A DNA stretch of 63,890 nucleotides, counting the filler, from Myxococcota bacterium (GTDB lineage Bacteria; Myxococcota_C; UBA6777), in NCBI GenBank assembly GCA_023150835.1. It is 3 parts of 3 records of this genome, joined end to end, with 100 filler letters (N's around TTAATTAATTAA, not from the genome) between each part and the next. Parts side by side here need not be neighbours in the genome. Positions count along the whole stretch, not along the records: positions 1 to 25,881 come from JAKLKB010000095.1; 2 more parts are not named here. The stretch is one strand, 5' to 3'. Every line of letters begins with the position of its first letter. The stretch's first letter is position 1. A program made the translations under genes and the position numbers. The notes under the pieces are model-generated. The model searched no databases and was not told where the DNA came from. It saw only the letters and a program-made list of their open reading frames with translations. Shown here one piece after another: positions 10,480 to 19,872 of this stretch.

Positions 10480-11982
10480 TTAGCGCAGCCATTGGAGAAA
10501 GAATGTGGCTGCGCTGAGATAGATCAAGATCCCAGAGACATCATTGAGGGTGGTCACAAAAGGCCCCGAAGCGAGCGCTGGATCGATATTCAATCGTTCG
10601 AATACAGCGGGGATCAGTGTGCCCATGCTCGACGCTACCGTCATCGCCACAAACAGCGAACAGCCGACCAACAAGCCCAGATACGCATTTCCGTGCCAGA
10701 CCCAACTCACCAGCGTCAGCGCCACACCGCACAAAACGCCCATCAGTGCGCCAACGCGCATCTCTTTCCACAAAAATCGCTGGATGTTGTTGAGATCGAT
10801 ACGGCCTAGCGCAAAGCCCCGCACCGTCACACTTGCGGATTGTGTCCCCACGTTTCCGCCCATCCCTGTAATCACGGGAACGAACGTGACCAAGGCGATG
10901 ATCTGATCCAGCGTTGCTTTGTACATCCACATAAAATAGCCCGTTAGCAGCCCGCCAAAGAGGTTCGTCACCAGCCAAGGCAGTCGCAACATTGCGCTGC
11001 GTACGGTGCGATCCGCCACAAGATCTTCGCCTCCTACGCCTGCCATCTGCAAGATATCTTCGGAGGCTTCTTCTTTGATGACATCCACGATATCGTCGAT
11101 CGTGATCCGACCGAGGAGTTTGCGGTTGTTGTCGACGACCGGCAAAGAGATCAGGTTGTAGCGCTCGAATAGCGTGGCGACTTCTTCTTGATCCATCTCG
11201 GGTAAGGCCCAATGGATATCGGTTTCGAGTACATTGCGCAGCGGGACGTGGGGCTTGGCGGTGATCAGTGCTTCCAGAGACAACTGGCCTTGGAGGCGGT
11301 GTTCTTGATCGACCACAAACACTTCGTGGATATCGATGGTTCCTTCATGTTCGGTGATCTGCTGACGGATCTCTTGTAAGGCCGAGTCGGCGGTTCCGTC
11401 CAGATGAACCCACACCAACTCGGTCTGCATCAGCCCCCCTGCGCTGTCTTCGTCGTATTTGAGCAGCGCTTGGATCGGGGCGGCATCGTCCGCATCCATC
11501 TGACGGAGGATCTCTTGGGCTTCGTTGTGGGTGAGTTCCCCGAGGATATCGGCGGCATCGTCCGAATCCATCTCCGAGAGCAGATCGGGCAAGACTTGGC
11601 GCTCGATGTGTTCGAGAACCCGCTCTACTTCGGGTTCTTCGAGTTCGGCCAGTACCGCAGACATCTGCTCCCCATCAAGGAATTCCAGCAACGGACGCCA
11701 TTCTTGGGTGGGGAAGATGATCAGCAGATCGGCGATCGCAGACGGGTGCATGGCCATCAACAAACGGCGGCGCTGTGTGGTATCGCAAGCCGAGAGCAGG
11801 CTTTGCATCTCTTCGCGCTGGATAAATCGGACGAGGGGCTTGATCTCTTCGTCCAGCAGAACGGACAGATCTTCGGGGCGCAACAGCTTGACAAAGGCGC
11901 GGATCTCTTCTTCTTGCCCTGACTGGAGCAACCATTCGAGATCGCTTTGATCTTGTTGAGTTTGGGTCATCGAACGCTCCAA
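10480..11982 (-). CDS. mgtE: Magnesium transporter MgtE
   Basis: AGGLM, CBS pair, RLPWL, GMGGNVGTQS, DPALASGPFVTTLND. Confidence 0.95.
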   Translation of the reverse strand: MERSMTQTQQDQSDLEWLLQSGQEEEIRAFVKLLRPEDLSVLLDEEIKPLVRFIQREEMQSLLSACDTTQRRRLLMAMHPSAIADLLIIFPTQEWRPLLEFLDGEQMSAVLAELEEPEVERVLEHIERQVLPDLLSEMDSDDAADILGELTHNEAQEILRQMDADDAAPIQALLKYDEDSAGGLMQTELVWVHLDGTADSALQEIRQQITEHEGTIDIHEVFVVDQEHRLQGQLSLEALITAKPHVPLRNVLETDIHWALPEMDQEEVATLFERYNLISLPVVDNNRKLLGRITIDDIVDVIKEEASEDILQMAGVGGEDLVADRTVRSAMLRLPWLVTNLFGGLLTGYFMWMYKATLDQIIALVTFVPVITGMGGNVGTQSASVTVRGFALGRIDLNNIQRFLWKEMRVGALMGVLCGVALTLVSWVWHGNAYLGLLVGCSLFVAMTVASSMGTLIPAVFERLNIDPALASGPFVTTLNDVSGILIYLSAATFFLQWLR

Positions 11983-12089
11983 GATGTCGGAAAAATCGCG
12001 TGTTGGTTTGGTGAGGTAGGGGGGGGCGCAGCGAGCAGAAGAACCTCAATGCCGGATGCCTTGTGCAGCAAGCAGACGTTTGCGATCTG

Positions 12090-13112
12090 CTAGGGTTCTG
12101 TCGATGCGGCTGGGCGGGCTTGGGTGGGTGGTTTGCGTTTGAGGGCTTTTCGGCGAAGCGGAGCCTTTGAGGGGGCGGCGTTTGGGGAGCCGATCGCCGA
12201 GCGTTTTTTGAGTGCGCGTCGCCTTTTGGAGGGGCGGGGGGCTGTGGGTTGTCGGGGCGAACCTTTGCGCAGAAGCCGCTTGGTCGGGCCTTTGCGAAAA
12301 GGGCTAGGCCGTTTGAGGAGCAGGACGCGCCGAGGTGGTGTGGGGGTAGCCTCTTCTTCCTCTTCTTCTTTTTCTTCTGCGGGATCGCTTCCTGCGTCGG
12401 CGGGAGCGGCTTCGGCGGAGGGTTCGGCGGTGTTGGGTTCGGCGGTGTTGGGTTCGGTGGTGTTGGGTTCGGTCGTTGTCGAAGGTTCGTCCGCAGGGGC
12501 GGACTCTGCGGAAGGTTCGGTCGTTGCGGGAGCTCCTGCGTTGGGGGCGATGCGGGGCGATTTGGGGGCGGGCAGGGCGGGCAGCGGGGGGTGGGGGCGT
12601 TGTTTTCCTTGGATAGCGGGGGGGGAGGGCGGCCAGAGGGTTGCGCGCAAGAACCAAAGAGCCACGCCGACCGCGAAAAGAACGATCAACAAGGTCAGCA
12701 ACACCCACAAGAAGCCGCTGGTCTTGGGCGGCTGTTGGAGCAGATCTTCGGTCAGGCTTTCGGCGGGTAGGACGGTTTGAGGGAGTGGGCGCAACAACAA
12801 CCGATCCGCTTGTTGCAGGTTGGCTTGTGCAAAGGTCTGGTTGATGCGCAGGGGTTCATCGTGGCCGTTGCGTCGGACAAACGCTTGCCAGCGATTGCGG
12901 ACGGTCTTCGGGTCTAAAAACGCATCGACTTCGCGCAGGTGACCCAAGACAAAGGCTTCCATCAAGACGCGATCTAGCACGCGCCCGATCTCTTCGTCTT
13001 TGGAGGCGACGGTTCGGCGGATCAAGCACACATCGTCACCCAGTTGCCAAGAGACCGCGATCAAACTGGCATTGAAATTCTCGGGGAGCAGGGGGGATTC
13101 ACGTTCGGTCAT
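12090..13112 (-). CDS. Membrane protein with possible ubiquitin-like N-domain and low-complexity acidic-then-basic tail
   Basis: QTFAQANLQQADRLLL, TM FLWVLLTLLIVLFAVGVALWFL, EPNT repeats, poly-E, K/R-rich end. Confidence 0.6.
   Translation of the reverse strand: MTERESPLLPENFNASLIAVSWQLGDDVCLIRRTVASKDEEIGRVLDRVLMEAFVLGHLREVDAFLDPKTVRNRWQAFVRRNGHDEPLRINQTFAQANLQQADRLLLRPLPQTVLPAESLTEDLLQQPPKTSGFLWVLLTLLIVLFAVGVALWFLRATLWPPSPPAIQGKQRPHPPLPALPAPKSPRIAPNAGAPATTEPSAESAPADEPSTTTEPNTTEPNTAEPNTAEPSAEAAPADAGSDPAEEKEEEEEEATPTPPRRVLLLKRPSPFRKGPTKRLLRKGSPRQPTAPRPSKRRRALKKRSAIGSPNAAPSKAPLRRKALKRKPPTQARPAASTEP
12421..12475. repeat. 15-bp coding tandem repeat (about 3.7 copies)
   Basis: ggttcggcggtgttg units encoding (T/A)EPNT on the minus strand. 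Confidence 0.8.
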
Positions 13113-14068
13113 CGACAGAGCTCCGCATCCAAGGCTGTTGGCGATGGCGTCTCAAAGGCGATTTGATCGCCGCCTTGTTGTTGCGCGTGGTGGAGTTGTT
13201 TGTAGGCGGATTGCAAAAGCGAGAGGGGCAGATGAGCGGGGTGCGGGATCGTCGAAAGCATCCCGATCGACACGGTCAGACTACACCGTGCCGCATCGGT
13301 CGCCATCGCAAGCTGCTTTGTGGTCTGGCGGATGCGCTCGGCGACATGAAGCGCGCCTTCGTGGGGCGTTCCGCGAAGCAAGATCGCAAATTCATCGGCT
13401 CCTACACGCGCAAGCGTGTCTTCCCGACGAAGGCTTTGTTGCAACCGCTCGCTGTATTGGCACAGCAAGCGATCTCCTTGCGAAAACCCCCTCCTCTCGT
13501 TGTATTGCCGAAAACGATCGATATCCAAACACAAGATCGCGATCGGGTGTTGGTGCCGCTTGGCATACGACCACTCTTGGTCGAGAAGATCTTGAAAGTG
13601 TTTTGCGTTCGCGAGTTGCGTTAGCGGATCGTGGCTCGAAGACCGATAGATCTGTTCTTGGCAAGCGATCTCGTCTTCTTTTAGTTGCAAAAACTTGAAC
13701 GCCAAATATGGCCCGATCTGCAACCGATCGCCGTGTTGGAGTCGATGACGCTCCACGATCGGCTGCCCTTGGATCCGAAGGCTTTGAGGGGGGTGTACGT
13801 TTTCGAGGAAAAGCTGACCCGCCTCTACAAAGATACGCGCCTGTTCGGTCGCGATCTCTGGATACGCAAGGCAAAGATCCGCCCCCTCCCTTCGACCGAT
13901 CTGGATCGCCCCTTCTCGCGCTGGCAAGTAAAACAGCCGACCCGTCCCCACTCCCGATAACTGCACAAGGCATGGCTGGCTTTGGGTTGACTCCCCCATC
14001 GCCGCTTGGGGCGAAAACTCGTCCGTCGGTCGGTGCGCGTCGTGAAATCTTGTGTCTGTTCGTTGCAT
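13109..14068 (-). CDS. FHA-GGDEF diguanylate cyclase (GADEF variant)
   Basis: FHA IQIGR...LQHGDRLQIG; HDPLTQLAN, DIDRFRQYN, RREDTLARVGADEF. Confidence 0.88.
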   Translation of the reverse strand: MQRTDTRFHDAHRPTDEFSPQAAMGESTQSQPCLVQLSGVGTGRLFYLPAREGAIQIGRREGADLCLAYPEIATEQARIFVEAGQLFLENVHPPQSLRIQGQPIVERHRLQHGDRLQIGPYLAFKFLQLKEDEIACQEQIYRSSSHDPLTQLANAKHFQDLLDQEWSYAKRHQHPIAILCLDIDRFRQYNERRGFSQGDRLLCQYSERLQQSLRREDTLARVGADEFAILLRGTPHEGALHVAERIRQTTKQLAMATDAARCSLTVSIGMLSTIPHPAHLPLSLLQSAYKQLHHAQQQGGDQIAFETPSPTALDAELCR

Positions 14069-14271
14069 GCGAAACCCGCAAAGAAAGTGGATGGGTGGCT
14101 TTGCTCTCTTCGTGACTTATGCTATCGTTTTTTTGTTGCCTTGTACAGCGCTATCCTCTCCCCACAGAATGCGCTGTACCGTCCTCTCCGTGTCCTCTCT
14201 CCCTCTCCCACGAAGCGGACTCCCCACAACTTCCGTTCTTTGCACCCCTTATACCGAGAGGAAACATCACC

Positions 14272-14517
14272 ATGCGTATCTCGTCCATCCATCGCTCCGA
14301 ACGTAGCGTGTACGACCGCATCCAAGCCCTCCACGAACACGAAACCGCACAACGCCGCATCCGCGCCATCGACGCCCAAGAACTCAACCGCACCAACACT
14401 TCTTTTCCCCAAGTCATGCAACAACTTCAAGACCCTGAAGCCCCTCGAACCCTGCGCGTCATCGAAGTCCTTTTTGCTCCCGGACATCCCAATCCCCGAA
14501 CATATCGCCTTGGATAG
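14272..14517 (+). CDS. Small hypothetical protein
   Basis: GAGG upstream; C-rich codon style like the downstream genes. Confidence 0.5.
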   Translation: MRISSIHRSERSVYDRIQALHEHETAQRRIRAIDAQELNRTNTSFPQVMQQLQDPEAPRTLRVIEVLFAPGHPNPRTYRLG

Positions 14518-14577
14518 TCCTTCTCCCTCGAACAAAACCGCTTCGCCTTCGCGCTCGCCATCGGACAACATCACCCT

Positions 14578-15777
14578 ATGATCCGAATTAATAGCTTCCT
14601 TCATCGTCAGCGCCTTCTCGATATCACACGGCGTTGGTTCTACAACCAAATGGAAACGGGCGATGTCCCCGCCCTCAAGGCCATCATCAACTACAACAGC
14701 ATCTGGATGGGTCGCATCGGACGCAGCTTTTCCCAATGGCTTTTTGGGGCCTACGCGCAGCCTCCCATCGTCGAGCGTGTCGTCACCAGCAAAGGCGCTC
14801 TCAAAGACCTTTTGGTCGCCCACCCACCCTTTGAAAACCAGCGCATCCGCGAGCTTATCGAGCGTTATCGCGAACATCCTGAGCGCTACTTTCGCGAAAC
14901 CCCCTTCTCGGGCGTCATCTACGAAGGCGTTCGCAACGGCATCTCCACCTACGTCGGCTCTCGCCGTGTCAAGCGCGTCCGACGTATCGCTGAAAAGGGC
15001 GCCCGCCGCGTCAGCGATTATCTCTACGAACAGATCAAAGCTCGCGCCGATGCTCTTGCTCAACAGCGCGCTGATGCTCTCGGTGTCACCAAAAAAAATC
15101 TGATCACTTCCCCAAGCGAGATGGTCGTCGAGTTTGAACGCGCTGAACGCCGCATCGCCTCCGATATCCAACGTGGTCGCTTCTTTCGCGATGCCCTTGA
15201 GTTCGTCCTCGAAGATGTCTTCGGCATCAAGATCATCGTCGAAGATGAAGAACAGCCCGGCTTGATCCGCCTCCTCGAAGAATCACCACAATGCCAGATC
15301 CTTGAGATCGAACACCATCGCGGCCAATACAACGCAACCAACGTCGTCTTTCGCTACTTCCCCCGTACCGACGAGCTTTTGGCTGCGCCTCTCGAACCGG
15401 ATACCCTCCAACGCCTCGCCGCTCGCGGTATGAACCCCGCCGACGCCCAAAATGAGTTCCGCGACTTTGTCCTCAGCGGCGAAGATTCCATCCACATCGA
15501 ACTGATCATCTGCAACTTCGAACAAATGCTCGAATCCGAGATCGGCCGCACCATGCACGAAGATCGCATCGTCCGACAGCGCATCCAACAAGTTTATCGC
15601 GGCCCCCTCGCTCGAAACGTCAGCTATCTCATGGAATACATCTTTGCTTGCGGCATCTCGCCTCGCACCCACATCGATGCCATCCCGATCCATCTCTGGA
15701 ACCAGTATATGCCCGATTACTTCGATGAAGTGATCAAAGACCTCTTCCATATCCCAAACTTCCGTGAGATCGAATAG
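14578..15777 (+). CDS. Conserved protein with RelA/SpoT-synthetase-like nucleotidyltransferase motifs
   Basis: LEDVFGIKIIV, GQYNATN, IHIELII resemble the Syn2-Syn4 motifs in order. Confidence 0.5.
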   Translation: MIRINSFLHRQRLLDITRRWFYNQMETGDVPALKAIINYNSIWMGRIGRSFSQWLFGAYAQPPIVERVVTSKGALKDLLVAHPPFENQRIRELIERYREHPERYFRETPFSGVIYEGVRNGISTYVGSRRVKRVRRIAEKGARRVSDYLYEQIKARADALAQQRADALGVTKKNLITSPSEMVVEFERAERRIASDIQRGRFFRDALEFVLEDVFGIKIIVEDEEQPGLIRLLEESPQCQILEIEHHRGQYNATNVVFRYFPRTDELLAAPLEPDTLQRLAARGMNPADAQNEFRDFVLSGEDSIHIELIICNFEQMLESEIGRTMHEDRIVRQRIQQVYRGPLARNVSYLMEYIFACGISPRTHIDAIPIHLWNQYMPDYFDEVIKDLFHIPNFREIE

Positions 15778-15827
15778 TTTGTTCTCTCCTCGGAGCGCTC
15801 CCAAACATCCGCGAGATCGAATCACTG

Positions 15828-18413
15828 ATGCCTACTCAACACTCCTCTCCGACTGAAGCCTTGCCCTCGTTGAAAACAACACGTTTCTCCCGCCGATATC
15901 CTTTCGGATGGTGGGCTGTCTTGTCCTGTTTGTTCGGTGCGTTTGGCTTATTCGGTTTCGGGGCCGCATCGCGGGCTTGGGCGCAAGTCCCGCCCGAAGC
16001 GGGCATCGCCGCACCTTGGGGATCTGTGGCCGATACGGATCAACCTTCGGCTATCCGCTTGAATCCTGCTGCCTTGGGCTTTCAGTCGGCATGGGGGGTG
16101 CGCCTTACACACATCGATCAAGGCCAGCCCTTTGTCGGCGAGCGGGGCGATGGAGAAGCCCTTTTTGCCTCCTTCAAACCCTTGTCGATGCTTGGGCTTG
16201 GCGTGGGTATCCAATACCTTTGGCCTTACCAAGACAATGGCGCTCAAGTCGGTGGCATGGCGCGGATCTCTTTCGCAGGAGCCTTGCGCCTTGCCCCGTG
16301 GGTCGGCCTTGGCCTCAATCTTCACGGCTATCTGGGCCGCTCGCCCGAAGTCCAATCTCTCTTTAGCCTTGATCTCGGCCTGATCTTCCGTCCTTGGAAC
16401 TTCCTTTCGGTGGGCGTTCATGTGCGCGATCTCAATGCCCCTGCCTTGGGCGGAGCGTTGCTCTCGCGGATCTGGGATGTCGGCTTGGCTATCCGCCCCT
16501 TGCTCAACGATCGTTGGACGCTCTCGGCGGATCTTTCTGTCTCCGAAGACCTGCTCCGACAGCCGCTGCTTTTTCGTTATCGCACCGAGTTTGAGGCGCT
16601 GGATGGCTTGGTCTTGGGCGTGAGTTTGCAACATGGCCTTGATCTGCGCACGTTGGAGATCGGCGGCTTTTTGGCGTTTCGCTTTGGTCATGGCGGCCTT
16701 GACCTGTTTGGCAGCGGGCGCCTGCGCACCGATGGCGGCGCTGGAAGTGGCTTTGGCGCTTACTCGGCTTCGGCATGGGTCAGCGGAGCCAAACACCGCC
16801 CCATCTTCCAAGACGCTGGCATCATGCCGTTGTTGGATATCAGCGGCCCACTCCCCGAACGCGATCTGCGTCTGTCTTTGCGGGCGGGCGAACCCTCTTT
16901 CCTCAAGCTGCTCTTGGCCCTCCAGCGCGTCGAACAAGATCCCCGTGTCACGGGTCTTTTGCTGCGTATCGGCGCGCTCTCTTGCGGCTACGCCAAACTT
17001 CAAGAGATCCGCGCCATCCTCGAACGCATCCGCAAAAAGAACAAACGCATCGTTGTCTACATCACAGGCGGCGATCTCAAAGGCTATTATCTCGCCTCTG
17101 CCGCTGATCGCGTCTTTCTCCATCCTGCGGGTTCTTTGCTGCTTGGCGGCCTCGCTACCTCCCACTTGTTTTTCGCCCAAGCCCTCAAACGCATCGGGGT
17201 TCAGCCCCAGTTCATCAAGGTCGGGGCCTACAAAACCGCCCCCAACCGCTTTACCGAGTCTCAACTGACTCCCCCCCACCGCGAAGCCAACAAGCTGCTT
17301 CTCGACGACCTTTTTTCTCAGATCCTTGCCGATGTCACCCGCACCCGCAAGATCACTCTCCCCCAATTCCAATCCTCCTTCCAAACGGGCCTCTTTACCG
17401 CCAAAGAAGCCAAAGACCTCGGCTTGATCGATGACTTCTTTTTCTGGGAACAGATCGACGAAAAGATCGCCCAATCCACAGGCCGCGCCTTTCGCTTTGC
17501 ACCTGATTATTTTACCGCCAAACCCCAACCCGAACGCTGGCTTGGCTTCGATCAGATCGCGGTCTTGCACGTCGATGGCACCATCGTTTCAGGCGTTGAT
17601 GTCCACGACCCGATCTTTGGCGTCACCCTCTCCGGCACAAACACCTTGATCTCCGCACTCCGAAAAGCCCGCTCCGATGGCCGCATCAAGGCCGTTGTCT
17701 TGCGCATCAACTCCCCCGGCGGTGAAGTCCTTGCCTCCGATCTGATCTGGCGCGAAGTCGCCATGCTCGACCGCATCAAGCCTGTCGTCGTCTCAATGGG
17801 CGATGTCGCTGCTTCGGGCGGCTACTATATCGCCGCTGCTGCCCGTGAGATCTTCGCTTCTCCCGCGACCGTCACAGGCTCCATCGGCATCTTTGCCGGA
17901 AAGTTCGACTTTTCGGGATTGCTCCAAAAGATCGGTGTGCAGATCACTTTCCAACAACGCGGTGAGATGGCGTCTTTGTTCTCACCCCTCCAACCTTTCT
18001 CTCCCAACCAACAAAAACAGATGCAGCGATACATCCAACTCCGCTACGACCAATTCATCGACCGCATCGTCCAAGGCCGTAAACTGACGGCTACGGCGGT
18101 TCGCGCTGTCGGCGAAGGCCGTGTCTGGTCCGGCCAACGCGCTCTTCAACACAAGCTGGTCAACCATCTCGGCGGGCTTCTCGACGCCATCGAACGCGCC
18201 CGCTCTCTTGCTGACCTCTCCCCCGACACCCGCATCGAATACCTCTCCCTCCCGGGACGCCCCAACTGGCAAGTCTCTCTCTCCAATCTGCCCGGACTCT
18301 CCTCGCTTCTTGCTTCCCAACAGCTCGCGCAAACCCTCCAACAGCTCCGCCTCCTCGCTTCCCGCTTCCAATCTCTTCACCTCTGGGCTCTTTCCCCCTA
18401 CACTTCCCCCTAA
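15828..18413 (+). CDS. sppA: Signal peptide peptidase SppA (protease IV) with N-terminal beta-barrel-like domain
   Basis: YYLASAAD, VGAYKTA, LRINSPGG, SMGDVAASGGYYIA, TGSIG, GRVWSG; N-terminal NPAALG and alternating beta-strands. Confidence 0.9.
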   Translation: MPTQHSSPTEALPSLKTTRFSRRYPFGWWAVLSCLFGAFGLFGFGAASRAWAQVPPEAGIAAPWGSVADTDQPSAIRLNPAALGFQSAWGVRLTHIDQGQPFVGERGDGEALFASFKPLSMLGLGVGIQYLWPYQDNGAQVGGMARISFAGALRLAPWVGLGLNLHGYLGRSPEVQSLFSLDLGLIFRPWNFLSVGVHVRDLNAPALGGALLSRIWDVGLAIRPLLNDRWTLSADLSVSEDLLRQPLLFRYRTEFEALDGLVLGVSLQHGLDLRTLEIGGFLAFRFGHGGLDLFGSGRLRTDGGAGSGFGAYSASAWVSGAKHRPIFQDAGIMPLLDISGPLPERDLRLSLRAGEPSFLKLLLALQRVEQDPRVTGLLLRIGALSCGYAKLQEIRAILERIRKKNKRIVVYITGGDLKGYYLASAADRVFLHPAGSLLLGGLATSHLFFAQALKRIGVQPQFIKVGAYKTAPNRFTESQLTPPHREANKLLLDDLFSQILADVTRTRKITLPQFQSSFQTGLFTAKEAKDLGLIDDFFFWEQIDEKIAQSTGRAFRFAPDYFTAKPQPERWLGFDQIAVLHVDGTIVSGVDVHDPIFGVTLSGTNTLISALRKARSDGRIKAVVLRINSPGGEVLASDLIWREVAMLDRIKPVVVSMGDVAASGGYYIAAAAREIFASPATVTGSIGIFAGKFDFSGLLQKIGVQITFQQRGEMASLFSPLQPFSPNQQKQMQRYIQLRYDQFIDRIVQGRKLTATAVRAVGEGRVWSGQRALQHKLVNHLGGLLDAIERARSLADLSPDTRIEYLSLPGRPNWQVSLSNLPGLSSLLASQQLAQTLQQLRLLASRFQSLHLWALSPYTSP

Positions 18414-18423
18414 ACGCGCAATC
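18405..18423 (+). repeat. 19-bp direct repeat, copy 1
   Basis: tccccctaaacgcgcaatc, includes the sppA stop codon; identical at 19285-19303. Confidence 0.9.
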
Positions 18424-18448
18424 TGCGCAGAGACAACGGAGCCAACCA

Positions 18449-19060
18449 TTGAACTTTTTTAAAAAGGATCGCGTTCTTTTTGATTACCATAGGCTGATCG
18501 TCGGATTTCATGGCTGTGATCGCTCTGTTGTCGAGCAAGTGTTGTTGCAGGGAGGCTCTTTGCGTCACAGCGAGAACCCATTTGATTGGTTGGGAAAAGG
18601 CGTTTATTTTTGGGAGTATGCCCCCCAAAGAGCCTTAGACTTTGCTCACGAGCAACAACAGCGCGGAAAAATCGAGTTCCCTGCTGTTCTTGGGGCGTAC
18701 TTGCACCTTGGACGATGTTTCGATCTCACAGACACGTACAACACCGCTCAACTGTCCGAGGCTTTTGTGAGTTGGGAAGCCGTTCTTCGCTCCCAACATC
18801 TCGATCTTCCAGAAAATCGAAAAGGTAGCAAAAGAAGCGGAGACTTTTTGCTGCGTTTCCGTGATTGTGCTTTGCTGAATTGGTATATGGACTTGTTGGA
18901 CGCTTGTTCGTCGGGGTGTTATTATCAAACGGTGCGTGGAGTGTTTGTCGAAGGCGATCTGGCTTATCCGGGAGCCGCGATACATACCAAAACGCATACA
19001 CAAATCGCCGTAAGGGATCTTTCTTGTGTTCTTGGGTTTTTTCTCCCGAATCTTTCCTGA
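18449..19060 (+). CDS. Conserved hypothetical protein with ADP-ribosyltransferase-like motifs
   Basis: GFHGC, DWLGKGVYFWE, HTQIAVR; lower GC than flanks. Confidence 0.6.
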   Translation: MNFFKKDRVLFDYHRLIVGFHGCDRSVVEQVLLQGGSLRHSENPFDWLGKGVYFWEYAPQRALDFAHEQQQRGKIEFPAVLGAYLHLGRCFDLTDTYNTAQLSEAFVSWEAVLRSQHLDLPENRKGSKRSGDFLLRFRDCALLNWYMDLLDACSSGCYYQTVRGVFVEGDLAYPGAAIHTKTHTQIAVRDLSCVLGFFLPNLS

Positions 19061-19074
19061 TAAGGAGTTTTTTG

Positions 19075-19293
19075 ATGAATCGGATACGTACTACCAAGCT
19101 CGGCCAAGAAGTCATTCCTCGCGAGGAAACCGAAGAGTACAAATTTCATAAAGCCGCTTTGGAAGCCTTCCATGCTTTGAGCGATAAAGAAAAATTTGAG
19201 ACGTTTGTTCGGGCAGGCATCTACACCCAAGACGGCAAGCTTACCGAACAGTACGGTGGCACCGCTCCAAACCCAATCAAGGGCTCCCCCTAA
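19075..19293 (+). CDS. Small protein, possible antitoxin partner
   Basis: TAAGGAG RBS; 72 aa; RAGIYTQDGKLTEQY. Confidence 0.65.
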   Translation: MNRIRTTKLGQEVIPREETEEYKFHKAALEAFHALSDKEKFETFVRAGIYTQDGKLTEQYGGTAPNPIKGSP

Positions 19294-19303
19294 ACGCGCA
19301 ATC
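19285..19303 (+). repeat. 19-bp direct repeat, copy 2
   Basis: tccccctaaacgcgcaatc. Confidence 0.9.
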
Positions 19304-19872
19304 GCTCAAAAAAGATTCGGGACTTCCCACGACTGCGCATAACGGTTCAACACCGAGCTGCTCGCGCAAGTCCCCATCCTCGCCCCCCAAGCTCGTGGAC
19401 GTATTGTCCCAGCACTGTCTCTGTGTCTCGCTCCATCTTGCGGATATGCCCCCCCATCAACGGCACTCGAAAAAAATCTGCCCAACTGCCGCACACGCCA
19501 CCGATCATCCCCACGATCTCGCGGATCTCCCCCCGCATATCCGCCAACATCTTCGCTTCGTTCTCCCCCACGAAAAATCATTATGTCCCCGTCACTTACA
19601 CAGGCATCGCTTGCTTCAACTTTAATTGTCCAGATTCAGGCATCTTATGGAGAGCCCCATCCCTTGTCAAACAAGCTGACCCGCGATGGGCCTGCATCTT
19701 GGAATCTCCCTGCGCCGCTCTTTGCGCTCTTGCCTTTTGGCTGTTTTTGCGATACACACCCCATTCATCGCTCCCTTGTGTATGCTTCTTTTGTATTGCC
19801 CTTTCGCGTTCGCTCTCACGCTTCCCTTTGACAAAAGCCCGCCGACTCTCGCGGGCTAGGACGGAAACACCG

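Noticed and set aside
15948-17570. 540-aa minus-strand ORF (likewise 14122-15171, 23027-23974, 62342-63769)
   Set aside because: Antisense to well-supported genes, no motifs
19306-19581. Short minus-strand ORFs
   Set aside because: Two competing frames, no recognisable family
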